Below, in pieces: positions 51,276 through 61,164 of a DNA stretch of 64,000 nucleotides (its first letter is position 1; every line of letters starts with the position of its first letter). Source of the DNA: an uncultured Gemmatimonadales bacterium (GTDB lineage Bacteria > Gemmatimonadota > Gemmatimonadetes > Palauibacterales > Palauibacteraceae); NCBI GenBank assembly GCA_963783385.1, contig CAWANJ010000009.1, positions 320,001-384,000 of the forward strand. Direction: 5' to 3'. The notes beneath the pieces were generated by a model. That model ran no database searches. It saw nothing but the letters and a program-made list of their open reading frames with translations, and had not been told where the DNA came from. The translations under genes and the position numbers were made by a program.

Positions 51276-51974
51276 TCACGGATCCTCCCCCCGGGCCCGC
51301 GATTCGAGCACCGCCGCCACGTCGTCGGCCGGGAGACCGGCGGCTCGCCACAGGACGAGCAGGTGGTAGAGGAGATCGGCCGACTCTTCGGCCAGCCGAT
51401 CCGGCTCCGCGAGGGCCGCGACCGCCACCTCGACGGCCTCCTCGGCCACCTTGCGGGCGGGAAGGGCGGGGGCCGCCGCGAGGAGCTCGGCCGTGTAGGA
51501 GCCCGCGGGTCGGTCACGGTCCCGGGCCGCGATGGTCTGCGAGAGCTCCAGCAGGACCCGGAACAGGCTCGTCGTCGTCGGACCGCCGCGGGCCGCCGCA
51601 CCCCCGTCCGCGCCGAGCGCCGGATCGGCGTCGAAGCAGGTCGCGCGTCCGGTATGGCAGGTGGGGCCGTGGGGCACGGCCTCGACCAGGAGGGCGTCGG
51701 CATCACAGTCGGTTCGGATTCGGCGCAGCTCGAGCCAGTTCCCCGACGTCTCCCCCTTCTCCCACAGCCGGTCGCGCGACCGCGACCAGAAGGTCACGCG
51801 TCCCGTCTCCCTGGTCCGTTCCAGGGCCGCGGCGTTCATGTACCCGAGCATGAGCACGCGACCGCGGCCGGACTCCTGGACGATGGTCGGCACGAGGCCC
51901 GTGGCCGGATCGAAGCGCACGTCGGCGGCCGTCGTGCGCCGGGGGCCTCCGCTCGACGTCGAGGAGCCCGTCAC
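51276..51974 (-). CDS. hisIE: Bifunctional phosphoribosyl-AMP cyclohydrolase / phosphoribosyl-ATP diphosphatase
   Basis: WSRSR..LWEKGETSG, DCDAD, CHTG..TCF, KVAEEAVE, ADLLYH. Confidence 0.93.
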   Translation of the reverse strand: MTGSSTSSGGPRRTTAADVRFDPATGLVPTIVQESGRGRVLMLGYMNAAALERTRETGRVTFWSRSRDRLWEKGETSGNWLELRRIRTDCDADALLVEAVPHGPTCHTGRATCFDADPALGADGGAAARGGPTTTSLFRVLLELSQTIAARDRDRPAGSYTAELLAAAPALPARKVAEEAVEVAVAALAEPDRLAEESADLLYHLLVLWRAAGLPADDVAAVLESRARGEDP

Positions 51975-52756
51975 GTCGTGACCTCCGGGTCGCCGGATCG
52001 GGGGACGGGCCGGATCGGCACGCCCCTGGCGGTCAGCCACGCCTTGAGATCGGGGATCCGGAGGTCGCCGAAGTGGAAGAGGGAGGCGGCCAGGGCGGCA
52101 TCGGCGCCGGCCTCGAACGCCTCCAGGAAGTCCTCCGGGCGGCCGGCGCCGCCGGAGGCGACCACCGGCACGCCCACGGCCCGGGTCACGGCTCGAAGGA
52201 GCTCCACGTCGTATCCCTCCCTGGTTCCGTCCCGGTCCATCGAAGTGAGCAGGATCTCTCCCGCGCCGAGCTCCGCCGCCCGGCGCGCCCAGGCCACCGC
52301 GTCGAGGCCGGCCGCGCGTGTTCCCGAGCGGACCCGGACGCGCCATCCGGCATGATGCCGTGAGGCATCGATGGCCAGCACGATCGCCTGGGAGCCGAGA
52401 CGCCGCGCCGCTCGGCCCACGAGTCCGGGATCGCGAACGGCGGCCGTGTTGAGCGCCACGCGATCGGCGCCCGCCTCGAGTACGGCGCGCATGTCCTCGA
52501 CGTTCCGGAGTCCGCCGCCCACGGTGAAGGGGATGGTCAGCTCCCGGGCGACACGGGCCGCCAGCTCGACGACGGTGCCGCGGCGCCTCGTCGTAGCCGA
52601 GATGTCCAGAAAAACGAGCTCGTCGGCACCCTCGGCCGCGTATGCGGCGGCGAGCTCGGCGGGATCTCCCGCATCGCGGAGCCGGCGGAAGCGGATGCCC
52701 TTCACCACCCGTCCCCGGTCCACGTCCAGGCAGGGCACGATACGCCGCTTCAGCAC
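51971..52756 (-). CDS. hisF: Imidazole glycerol phosphate synthase cyclase subunit
   Basis: [33 protein letters not shown]. Confidence 0.95.
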   Translation of the reverse strand: MLKRRIVPCLDVDRGRVVKGIRFRRLRDAGDPAELAAAYAAEGADELVFLDISATTRRRGTVVELAARVARELTIPFTVGGGLRNVEDMRAVLEAGADRVALNTAAVRDPGLVGRAARRLGSQAIVLAIDASRHHAGWRVRVRSGTRAAGLDAVAWARRAAELGAGEILLTSMDRDGTREGYDVELLRAVTRAVGVPVVASGGAGRPEDFLEAFEAGADAALAASLFHFGDLRIPDLKAWLTARGVPIRPVPRSGDPEVTT

Positions 52757-53487
52757 CCGGGAGCCTCTGCGCCCGTTGCCGCCGTCGCCAGGGCCTCCGC
52801 CAGCGTGAGTGTGCCCCGGTAGAGCGAGCTCCCCAGCACGGCGCCCATCGCCCCGGCGCCCCGCAGCGCGGCCAGGTGCGAGGCGGTCCGGATGCCGCCG
52901 GCCGCGAAGGTCCGGAAGCCTCGGCGAACGATGCGCGCGGTCCCTTCCACGTCGGGGCCCGTCAGCGTCCCGTCGCGGCGTGTGTCCGTGTACACCACCG
53001 TGCGCAGTCCGGTGGGCTCGAGCCGGTCGAGCAGCCCGTCCACGCTCACGCCGCCGGATTCTGTCCAGCCCTCGACCACGACACGGCCCTGGCGCGCGTC
53101 CACGGCGGCCGCGACGCGGTCGGGCCCCCACCGCTCGATGAGCTCCCCCATCCAACCGGTATTTCGGGCCGCCACCGTGCCGAGCACGACCCGCCCCGCA
53201 CCGCCCTCCAGATAACGCCGCACGTCCTCTGCGACGCGGATCCCGCCGCCCACCTGCACCGGGACGTCCGTCTCCCGGCAAAGGGCGAGCACGGCCTCGA
53301 CGTGCACGGGCCGACCCTGTCGGGCTCCGTCCAGGTCCACGACGTGGAGCGCCGCAGCCCCCTGGGCCACGAAGGCGCGCGCGACCGCGAGGGGATCGTC
53401 GCCAAACCGCGTGACCCGGCCGTAGTCCCCCTGCTCGAGACGCACGCAGCGTCCCTCGAGGAGATCGATGGCGGGCACGATCAGCAC
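52750..53487 (-). CDS. hisA: ProFAR isomerase
   Basis: [35 protein letters not shown]. Confidence 0.93.
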   Translation of the reverse strand: MLIVPAIDLLEGRCVRLEQGDYGRVTRFGDDPLAVARAFVAQGAAALHVVDLDGARQGRPVHVEAVLALCRETDVPVQVGGGIRVAEDVRRYLEGGAGRVVLGTVAARNTGWMGELIERWGPDRVAAAVDARQGRVVVEGWTESGGVSVDGLLDRLEPTGLRTVVYTDTRRDGTLTGPDVEGTARIVRRGFRTFAAGGIRTASHLAALRGAGAMGAVLGSSLYRGTLTLAEALATAATGAEAPGC

Positions 53488-54095
53488 GGCGCCCCCTCCC
53501 GGCACGCGGCCCAGAAATTGGACAGGAGCCGGAGCCCGGCGGGCCCGGACTTCTCCGGGTGGAACTGCACGCCCGCCCACCTCCCGTCGCGCACGATGGC
53601 GGGGAACGGTCGTGCATGGATCGCGGTGGCGGCCACGAAGACACCGGGGCACTCGAGCCGGTAGGCGTGGTTGAAGAACACGTCCGTGCCGTCCGGAATG
53701 CCCCTCAGAAGCGCGTCGGCTCGCCGCAGCGCCAGTCCGTTCCAGCCGGTGTGTGGGACCCGGACCCCGGAGCCGAAGCGGCGCACGCGTCCCGGCAGCA
53801 CGCCCAGGCAGCGGACCGGCTCCTCGCCTTCATCGGATCGCTCGGCCAGGAGCTGGAGGCCCAGGCAGATGCCGAGGAAGGGTGGGCCGTCGGGGTCCGA
53901 GAGGGGCCCGACGAGTTCCCGCTCGTGGAGTGCGTCCATGGCGGGGCCGGCGGCGCCGACCCCCGGAAGCACGACGCCCGCGGCTCCCTCCAGCTCCGCC
54001 GGGGCCGCGGCCCGACGCGTCGGCACCCCGATCCTCCCGAGGGCCAGCTCCACGCTCCTGAGGTTTCCGGCCCCGTAGTCGACCAGGGCGATCAT
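53481..54095 (-). CDS. hisH: Imidazole glycerol phosphate synthase glutaminase subunit
   Basis: DYGAGNL, PGVG, GICLG, QFHPEKS. Confidence 0.95.
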   Translation of the reverse strand: MIALVDYGAGNLRSVELALGRIGVPTRRAAAPAELEGAAGVVLPGVGAAGPAMDALHERELVGPLSDPDGPPFLGICLGLQLLAERSDEGEEPVRCLGVLPGRVRRFGSGVRVPHTGWNGLALRRADALLRGIPDGTDVFFNHAYRLECPGVFVAATAIHARPFPAIVRDGRWAGVQFHPEKSGPAGLRLLSNFWAACREGAPC

Positions 54096-54679
54096 AGCGT
54101 TCCCTTCGTGGTGGGGAGCTCCTGTCCCAGCCTCGGGTCCTGTTCGATGGCGGCACGCAGGGCCCGGCCCAGCGCCTTGAAGATCGCCTCGATCTTGTGA
54201 TGATCGTTACGCCCGTAGTCGATCCTCACGTGCAGGTTGGCGCGCAGCCGGTCGGCGAGGGCGCGCAGGAAGTCCTCCACCAGCTCGGTGGGCAGTCCGC
54301 CCACCCGCTCTCGGGAGAACGTCGCCTCGAACACGAGGTGGCTCCGGCCGCCCAGGTCGACCGCCACGCGGGCGAGGGACTCGTCCATGGGGACGAGGAA
54401 CCCGTAGCGCCGGATGCCTCGCCGCTCTCCGAGGGCCCGATCCAGAGCCTCGCCCAGCACGAGGCCCACGTCCTCGACCGTGTGGTGCTCGTCCACCTCC
54501 AGGTCACCGAGCGCCCGCACCTCGAGGTCCACGAGGGCGTTCCGGGCCAGCAGCGCCAGCATGTGGTCCAGGAAGCCGATCCCGGTGTCAATGTCCGCGC
54601 GCCCGGTGCCATCTACGTCCACCCGGATCCGGACGCGCGTCTCGGTGGTCTCCCGCACGACCTCGCCCACGCGGCTCAC
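54092..54679 (-). CDS. hisB: Imidazoleglycerol-phosphate dehydratase (monofunctional)
   Basis: [34 protein letters not shown]. Confidence 0.95.
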   Translation of the reverse strand: MSRVGEVVRETTETRVRIRVDVDGTGRADIDTGIGFLDHMLALLARNALVDLEVRALGDLEVDEHHTVEDVGLVLGEALDRALGERRGIRRYGFLVPMDESLARVAVDLGGRSHLVFEATFSRERVGGLPTELVEDFLRALADRLRANLHVRIDYGRNDHHKIEAIFKALGRALRAAIEQDPRLGQELPTTKGTL

Positions 54680-55521
54680 AACGCGTCTCCCGTGGGGATT
54701 CCGGGCAGCGCCACGGGACGGGGTCGGCGCCCATCGAACCCCGTGAGCGATGTCCAGCCGGCGGCGGCGGCGACCGCGGTGCCTCGCTCGAGGCCAGCGG
54801 CCACCCGGTGGGGCGCGTGCGAGTCCGCTCCCAACGTGAGACGCGCCACGCCCGCCTCGCGTGCCCAGCGCACGATGATGGGATCGGGGTACGGGGCGCC
54901 CGGGGGCTGCGCGTAGCCCGACGTGTTGATCTCGAAGCCGAGGTTCGAGTCGGCGACCGCCCCGAGCAGGTCACGAACGGGGGCTTCCAGGGTGCTCGGG
55001 TCCCACGGCCCGTAGGTCCGGTGGCCGAAGCGCTTGACCAGGTCGAAGTGGGCCACCACATCGAAGCCTCCCCAGGCGACCATCTCGGCCACGACCTCGA
55101 AGTAGCGTCCGTAGGCTCGCGCGAGGCTCCGGTCCCGGAAATAGGCGTCGACGTCGGCGCCTCCCGAGACGTTGTGGCCGTCCACCACGTGCACGGACCC
55201 GAGCAGGTAGTCGAGAGGCAGCGACCCGGCAATGCGCTCCAGGGCCGGGACCCACTCGGGCCGGTACTCGAGCTCCGCGCCCACTCGCAGCGTGAGCCCC
55301 GGAACCATCTCCCGGGCCGCGACGGCCGCCTCGATCTCGCGGCCCAGGCGGTCGATGGCCTCGTCGGCGTCGACGGTCCACTCGCCGTCCGGGCGCAGGA
55401 TCTCCACGTGGTTGGTGAGGCAGAGCTCGTCGAGCCCCGCCGCGGCGGCCGCGCGCGCGTGCTCCAGGAGGCTGCCGGCCGCGTCCGAGGACGCATCGTC
55501 GTGGGCGTGGTAGTTGATCAT
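54676..55521 (-). CDS. PHP-family histidinol-phosphate phosphatase (HisJ/HisK type)
   Basis: NYHAH, TNH, LLGSVH, AHFD, EINTSG, GADSH; inside his operon. Confidence 0.85.
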   Translation of the reverse strand: MINYHAHDDASSDAAGSLLEHARAAAAAGLDELCLTNHVEILRPDGEWTVDADEAIDRLGREIEAAVAAREMVPGLTLRVGAELEYRPEWVPALERIAGSLPLDYLLGSVHVVDGHNVSGGADVDAYFRDRSLARAYGRYFEVVAEMVAWGGFDVVAHFDLVKRFGHRTYGPWDPSTLEAPVRDLLGAVADSNLGFEINTSGYAQPPGAPYPDPIIVRWAREAGVARLTLGADSHAPHRVAAGLERGTAVAAAAGWTSLTGFDGRRPRPVALPGIPTGDAL

Positions 55522-56627
55522 GCTCGCCCTTCGCTCCGGACCCCCGCCGACTCCGCGGCGGCCGGCTCCGTTCGGACGCCGGGGACGCGGGCCAGCCCGT
55601 CCAGGAAGCGGTCGTTCTCGGCCCTCGTGCCGATCGACACGCGCAGGCCGCCCCGCAGGCGGGGCAGATCGCTGCGGTCCCGAACCACGACGCCATACTC
55701 CTCGGCCAGGCGGCGCTGGACGGTGCGCGGGTCGTCCACGGAGAACAGCAGGAAGTTCGCCTCGGAGCGGAGGGGATGGGTGCCGAGCGCCTCGAGGCCC
55801 CGGCGTACGCGCTCCCTCTCGGCCACGATGTCCGCGACCCGCCGGAGCATGCCGGCCCGGTCCGCGAGCGCGGCGACCGCCACGCGTGCCGAGAGGGTGG
55901 ACAGCGGATAGGGGAGGCCGGTTCTGGTGAGGATCCGGACGAGCCCGGCGTCGGCCACCGCGCAGCCCACCCGGGCGGCGGCCAGCCCCCAGGCCTTCGA
56001 GAAGGTGCGGAGCACCACGAGCCGCGGCCACGAGCCGCCGGCGTTCGAGGCGAGCGAGCCTCCCGCGGCGAACTCGACGTACGCCTCATCGAGCGCCACC
56101 ACGCCGGGCCACCGTTCGAGCAACGTCTCGATGCGATCGGGGGACAGACGGTTCCCGGTCGGGTTGTTGGGCGAGCACAGGAAGAGGAGCCGGGCGTCGC
56201 GCAGCGTCGCCAGGGCGACGCCCACGTCCAGGTCGAAGTCGGCGTCGAGGGGCATCGGCACGACGCGGGCCCCGTGAGCTCGAACGCGGTCGGCGTACAC
56301 GCCGTAGCTGGGCGAGGCGACTCCCACCGGGTCGCCCGGATCGGCCAGGGTGCGGACCAGCAGGTCGATGGCCTCGTCCGAGCCGTTTCCGATCCACACG
56401 CTTCCGGGTTCCGTCCCCAGCTCCTCGGCCAGGGCCGTCCGGAGCGCGGGGAGGCGCGGATCGGGGTAGCGGGCCAGCCCCGCGTCGAGTCCCCCCGGCG
56501 GACCGAGCGGGTTCTCGTTGGCATCCAGGAGGATGCCTCCCACGTGCTCGGAACGGGCGGTGCGGTAGCCCCGCAGCTCTCGCAGGTGGGGCCGCACCAG
56601 ATCGTGCGGGAGCGGGGCCCGGGAGAC
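55518..56627 (-). CDS. hisC: Histidinol-phosphate aminotransferase domain (in frame with HisD C-terminus; alternative GTG at 56597)
   Basis: LDANENP, GNGSDEAID, CSPNNPTG, DEAYVEF, RTFSKAWGLA. Confidence 0.92.
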   Translation of the reverse strand, partial: VSRAPLPHDLVRPHLRELRGYRTARSEHVGGILLDANENPLGPPGGLDAGLARYPDPRLPALRTALAEELGTEPGSVWIGNGSDEAIDLLVRTLADPGDPVGVASPSYGVYADRVRAHGARVVPMPLDADFDLDVGVALATLRDARLLFLCSPNNPTGNRLSPDRIETLLERWPGVVALDEAYVEFAAGGSLASNAGGSWPRLVVLRTFSKAWGLAAARVGCAVADAGLVRILTRTGLPYPLSTLSARVAVAALADRAGMLRRVADIVAERERVRRGLEALGTHPLRSEANFLLFSVDDPRTVQRRLAEEYGVVVRDRSDLPRLRGGLRVSIGTRAENDRFLDGLARVPGVRTEPAAAESAGVRSEGRA

Positions 56628-56651
56628 CGGTCCCGGCCCCGACCCGCCGCC

Positions 56652-57951
56652 CAGCCGGGCCGCGACGGACTCGGCGTGGGCCGGGAGCCCCTCCCACTCC
56701 GCGAGCGCGACGACCGTGGGCGCCAGGGACTGCAGCCCGGATCGATCCAGGTCGCTGAAACTGGATCCAGCGGCCGAAGTCGTCGAGCGAGAGGCCATCA
56801 TCGGCCCGCGCCCGCCGGCCCGTGGGGAGGACGTGGTTGGTGCCGACCGCGTAGTCCCCCGCCGCCACGGGCGACCACGGCCCCAGGAACACCGATCCGG
56901 CGTGCCGAATCGAGGCGGCGGCGCGGTCCGCGTCCTCCCGGAGGAGGACGAGGTGCTCGGCCGCCAGCTCGTCCACCCAGGCCAGGGCCTCAGCCTCGCT
57001 CCCGGCGACCAGGAGCGCGGAGCCGGCCAGGCTTCGCGCCGCCAGAGCCCCCCGGGGGGCGCGGCCCAGAGCCGCGAGCGTGGCCTCCCGGACCTCCGCG
57101 GCCATCGCCTCGTCGGGCAGCACGGCCACCGACAGGGAGTCGGACCCGTGCTCCGCCTGGGCCAGGAGCTCTGCGGCCACCACGCCGGGGTCGGCGCCGG
57201 CGTCGGCCCACACGGCCACCTCCGAGGGGCCGGCGGGGAGATCGATGGCCACGACGCCCGAAACGGCCAGCTTGGCCGCGTTCACCCAGCGCCCTCCGGG
57301 ACCCACGATCCGGTCCACGGCCGGCACGGACTCCGTGCCCCACGTCATGGCGGCCACGGCCTGGGCGCCGCCGGCCGCGAACACCGCGTCCACGCCCGCG
57401 AGGGCCGCGGCGGCCAGCACGGGGGGTGCCGGCTCCCCGTCCGCGCCGGGAGGCGAGCACACGATCACCTCGCGGCAGCCGGCGAGTCGGGCCGGCACGG
57501 CCGCCATGAGCAGGCTGGAGGGATAGGCCGCCAGGCCGCCGGGAACGTAGATCCCGACCCGGTCCAGGGGACGGAACTCGCGCCAGGCCACCACGCCCGG
57601 CTCGACCTCGACCGGCGCCTCGCGCCGGCGCTGGGCCCCATGAAAGCGCTCCAGGTTCCTCATGGCCCGCTCGAGGGCGGCCCGTCTCGCGGGCTCGACC
57701 GCGGCGAGCGCCTCGATCCAGCGTGGACGCGGAATCGCGAGCGCCGGGGGACGGACCTCGTCGAAGCGCTCCACGAGGTCGAGTAGGGCCGCGTCGCCGC
57801 CGGTGCGGACCGCCTCGAGGATGCCGAGGACGGCCTGGTCGGGGCGGGCGGTCCCTCGCCGCGACCGGCGCTCGAGCCAGGACCTCGCCCGCTCGCCCGA
57901 CAGCACCGGGAGGATCGCTTCGGAAGCGGGAGGGGTCGCCGGAGGGCTCAC
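56652..57951 (-). CDS. hisD: Histidinol dehydrogenase, +1 frameshift at ~56754, no stop before hisC
   Basis: GIYVPGG..YPSS, GGAQA, DLPAGPSE, QAEH, AEHL, GDY..GTNHVLPT; EGLPAHAES in the next frame. Confidence 0.92.
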
Positions 57952-58826
57952 CGCATCACCTTCTCGACGGGCAGGACGAGGATCTCGGAGCCTCCGGCCT
58001 CCTTGATGCGCTCCATGACCTCCCAGAACACTTCCTCTTCCACGGCGGCGTGCAGGGCCACCATGCCCTCCTCGGCCAGGGGAACCACCGTGGGGCTCTT
58101 CATGCCCGGCAGGATCTCCTGGATGCGGGGCAGGGCGCACCGTGGAGCGTTGAGGGTCACGTACTTCATGCGACGGGCCACGAGGAGGCCGCGGAGCCGG
58201 ACGCGCAGGCGCTCGACGAGCGCCGCCCGTTCTCGGTCCAGGAGGGTGGCCGGGTTGGCCACCAGCACGGCCTCGGACTCGAACACGTCTCCCAGCCGCC
58301 GCAGGTCGTTCATGCGCAGCGTCGTGCCGGTCGACACCAGATCGCAGATGGCATCGGCCACGTCCAGCGCCGGAGCCACCTCGGCCGCTCCCCGGATCTC
58401 GATCACGCGGGCGTCGATGCCCTCGCGATCGAGGTAGCGGCGAAGCGCGGCGGGGTGGGTCGTCGCGATGCGTCGACCGTCCAGGTCGCGCGGCGTCCTC
58501 GTGGCGTCCTCGCGCGGGACGGCGAGGGCGAGGGTACAGAAGCCGAATCCGAGGGACTCGAGCTCTTCCACCCGGGATCCCTGTTCGATCACCACGTTCC
58601 GTCCCACGACGCCGAGGTCGGCCACGCCGTCCTGCACGTACTCGGGGATGTCGTCGTCCCGGATGAACAGGAGCTCCACGTCGGCGTTGCGGCAGCGCGC
58701 GAACAGCCGGCGCTCGTGCTCCTCGAACTCCAGGCCGATCCCCCGCAACAGCTCCAGGGAGCGGGTGGTGAGCCTCCCGTCGTTCTGGACCGCGATCCTC
58801 AGGTTGTGTCCGTTGGCGATGCGCAT
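57948..58826 (-). CDS. hisG: ATP phosphoribosyltransferase, long form
   Basis: RDDDIP, GVADLGVVG, DLVSTGTTL, C-terminal PGMKSPT regulatory domain. Confidence 0.95.
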   Translation of the reverse strand: MRIANGHNLRIAVQNDGRLTTRSLELLRGIGLEFEEHERRLFARCRNADVELLFIRDDDIPEYVQDGVADLGVVGRNVVIEQGSRVEELESLGFGFCTLALAVPREDATRTPRDLDGRRIATTHPAALRRYLDREGIDARVIEIRGAAEVAPALDVADAICDLVSTGTTLRMNDLRRLGDVFESEAVLVANPATLLDRERAALVERLRVRLRGLLVARRMKYVTLNAPRCALPRIQEILPGMKSPTVVPLAEEGMVALHAAVEEEVFWEVMERIKEAGGSEILVLPVEKVMR

Positions 58827-58890
58827 CGCTCCACCGTGTCCGTGTCGCGGCGGTCCCGGAAGCGCCGGGACCGCCGAACCGTCCGTGCAG

Positions 58891-58927
58891 AAAAAAAGGC
58901 GCCCGCTTCATCCGGAAGCGGGCGCCT
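58891..58927 (-). terminator. his attenuator terminator
   Basis: Minus strand AGGCGCCCGCTTC-CGGAT-GAAGCGGGCGCC followed by TTTTTTT, ~65 nt upstream of hisG. Confidence 0.9.
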
Positions 58928-58955
58928 CGTCGATCACAGCTGTGTCAGGGCCTGG

Positions 58956-59042
58956 TCAGCGTGGCGGCGCACCCCTCCGGATCCACGGGAAGCTCCCGTG
59001 GTGGGCGTGATGGTGCCGGCACCGCTGCATCAGGTCTCGCAT
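58956..59042 (-). CDS. hisL: his operon leader peptide MRDLMQRCRHHHAHHGSFPWIRRGAPPR (alt. start 59030)
   Basis: 5 His in 6 codons, upstream of terminator; contains an antiterminator strand; TTGACA at 59075-59080. Confidence 0.82.
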   Translation of the reverse strand: MRDLMQRCRHHHAHHGSFPWIRRGAPPR

Positions 59043-59089
59043 GATGCCGGTAAGGGAAGGGTCCGGGACGCCGGTGTCAAGGTCGGGGC

Positions 59090-59693
59090 TCAACGATCGG
59101 CCGCGAACCGGAGGCCATCGGCGTGGACGAGCCGTCCTCCGAACAGCCAGCTCACCTGGCGGAAGGTCGCGTGGAGGTCGAACTCGGTGAGCGCGCTCAC
59201 CGACTCCACCGGCACCACGACGTCGTAGAAGCGGTGCCCGGCGCTGGCGGCTGTGTAGTGAACGCAGAATGTTGGCCACCGTCCCGCTGATGACCAGGCA
59301 GTCCCGGTGGTTGATTCTGAGCGCGTGCTCCAGGCCGGTGCCGTAGAACGCGTCGTAGCGGTTCTTCTCGAACACGCGCTCGCCCGGCTTGGGGGTCAGC
59401 TCCTCGACGATCTTCCACCCGGGCGTGCCCCGCTCCACGTGCCGGCCCCACACCTCCCATTCCGGGTCACCCTCGTAGTGGGTGTCGCAGGAGTACCAGA
59501 CCGGGACCCCCGCCTGGCGGGCCCGGTCCGCCAGACCGCCGATCACCGGGATCGACGCCGCGGCGGCCGGGTTGTAGAGCGCGCCGCCCTCACGGGCGAA
59601 GTCGTTCTGCATGTCGGTGATGAGCAGCACGGAACGACGCGGATCGACGTCCAGTCGTTCGGCCACCTCGTACTCGGGAACCTCGACCTTCAT
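59090..59693 (-). CDS. Isochorismatase-family cysteine hydrolase, +1 frameshift at ~59267
   Basis: DMQNDF, EKNRYDAF, GTVANI|CVHYTA (catalytic Cys in next frame); stop 59090. Confidence 0.85.
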
Positions 59694-59820
59694 GGAGCCC
59701 CCGTGACCCGGAGGACTGGTGACGGAGAGGGCGCGATGCCTTCCGGCTTCCGGGTCAGGAGCAGCAAGGTGCGTGCGCGAGGCGTGCGTGCAGCGGCCGC
59801 GCCCCCCGTGACCGGGAGGC

Positions 59821-60948
59821 TCAGGAGGCCGTTGAGCGCCTGTGATCCGCCCCGACCCAGCGCATGAGCAGCCCTCCCCCGACCAGGACCGTCAGGTAGG
59901 TGAGGAAGACTCTCCAGATGGCCGTGTAGGCCACCAGGAGGGAGGCCGGCAGGAAGGGCTTCATGAGCGCGGGCGCCAGAACCTCTCCGACCCCGGTGCC
60001 ACCCGGCGTGGGCATGAAGGTCAGCAGGAACTGGAGCATGACGTGGATCGTGACGACCTGGATGAAGCCGGCGTGGATACCGAACCCCCGGAGCACGGCC
60101 CAGCCCAGCAGGAACCGTCCGCCGAAGTGCAACGTCCCGGAGAGGGTCGCCAGGAGGAGGGCCAGCTTCCCCTTGCGGATGTATATGAGCAGGCTGGCGT
60201 GCAGCTCGTGGATCCAGCGCAGGAGGAGCCGCATGCGGTGGCCGCGCCCGAAGGTCTTGATGAGCCAGCCCCGCAGCGGCCGCGGGTTGAACGAGAACAC
60301 GACGATGATCGCCACGACGACGGCGAAGCCGCTGGCCGTCCATTCGAACATGCGCGCCGCGGAGATGTGGGCGACCGGGAGCCGGAGGTCCTCGATGGTC
60401 GACGAGGCCCCGAAGAACCAGGCGCACAGACCGGCCGTGGACAGGAAGGTGATGTTCACCAGGAAGCTGGCGAAGTTGCTCGCTGCGGCTCGACCCACCG
60501 ACACGCCCTCCCGCACCAGACCGTACAGGTGCGCCGGCCCGCCCCCGGCCCCCGAGGGCGTGAGGTAGGCGAGGGCCGCCGTCGCGCCCGAGATTTCCAC
60601 GCACTTCCAGTAGGACACCCGGATGTCGAGGGGCTTGAGCAGAACCCACACGCGCACGCCGCCACCGAACCAGTCCATGGAGGCGAGCCCGAGGCACACG
60701 AGTCCCCAGCGCGGGTCGAAGCGCTTGAACGCCGATAGGCTCGCGCCGAGGTCCTTGGACAGGAAGAACAGGACACCGAATCCCATCAGCGAAGCGACCA
60801 CGAAGCCGGTGATGCCCCACCGCAGGGCACCCTGCGGAAGAACGAGGCCCGGCTTCGACTTCCGGTCGCCGTCATCGTCGGAGTCGGGTGCCGGGGCGGA
60901 CCCGGAGGGTCGCTCGTCTCCCGGAGGGAGGCTCTGCGCTTCCTGCAT
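59821..60948 (-). CDS. Lysylphosphatidylglycerol synthase TM-domain (YbhN-like flippase) protein
   Basis: Multi-TM; TPSGAGGGP, PTPGGTGVGE, WR..TY. Confidence 0.8.
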   Translation of the reverse strand: MQEAQSLPPGDERPSGSAPAPDSDDDGDRKSKPGLVLPQGALRWGITGFVVASLMGFGVLFFLSKDLGASLSAFKRFDPRWGLVCLGLASMDWFGGGVRVWVLLKPLDIRVSYWKCVEISGATAALAYLTPSGAGGGPAHLYGLVREGVSVGRAAASNFASFLVNITFLSTAGLCAWFFGASSTIEDLRLPVAHISAARMFEWTASGFAVVVAIIVVFSFNPRPLRGWLIKTFGRGHRMRLLLRWIHELHASLLIYIRKGKLALLLATLSGTLHFGGRFLLGWAVLRGFGIHAGFIQVVTIHVMLQFLLTFMPTPGGTGVGEVLAPALMKPFLPASLLVAYTAIWRVFLTYLTVLVGGGLLMRWVGADHRRSTAS

Positions 60949-61164
60949 CCTGTCCCTGGCCTCCCTCGGCCGAGCCTGATGAGGGTTTCGAACACCGGAG
61001 CGGGCCGCCCCGAGGTCGACCCGCCCTTGCGGCCGTGGGGCGCGAACCGTCTGGCCCACGGCCGTGTAGCTCTGTAGGATAACAGACCCGTCCCGGGCCG
61101 CCAACGGAATCGGTCGGGCCGGCGGCGCTCCGGCGTCGTCGGCCCGCGCCAGGAGGGTCAGCTC

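Noticed and set aside
58956-59693. Cysteine hydrolase apparently fused to a His-rich metal-binding tail
   Set aside because: Artefact of the +1 insertion at ~59267; the real C-terminus ends at 59090 and the His run belongs to the his leader
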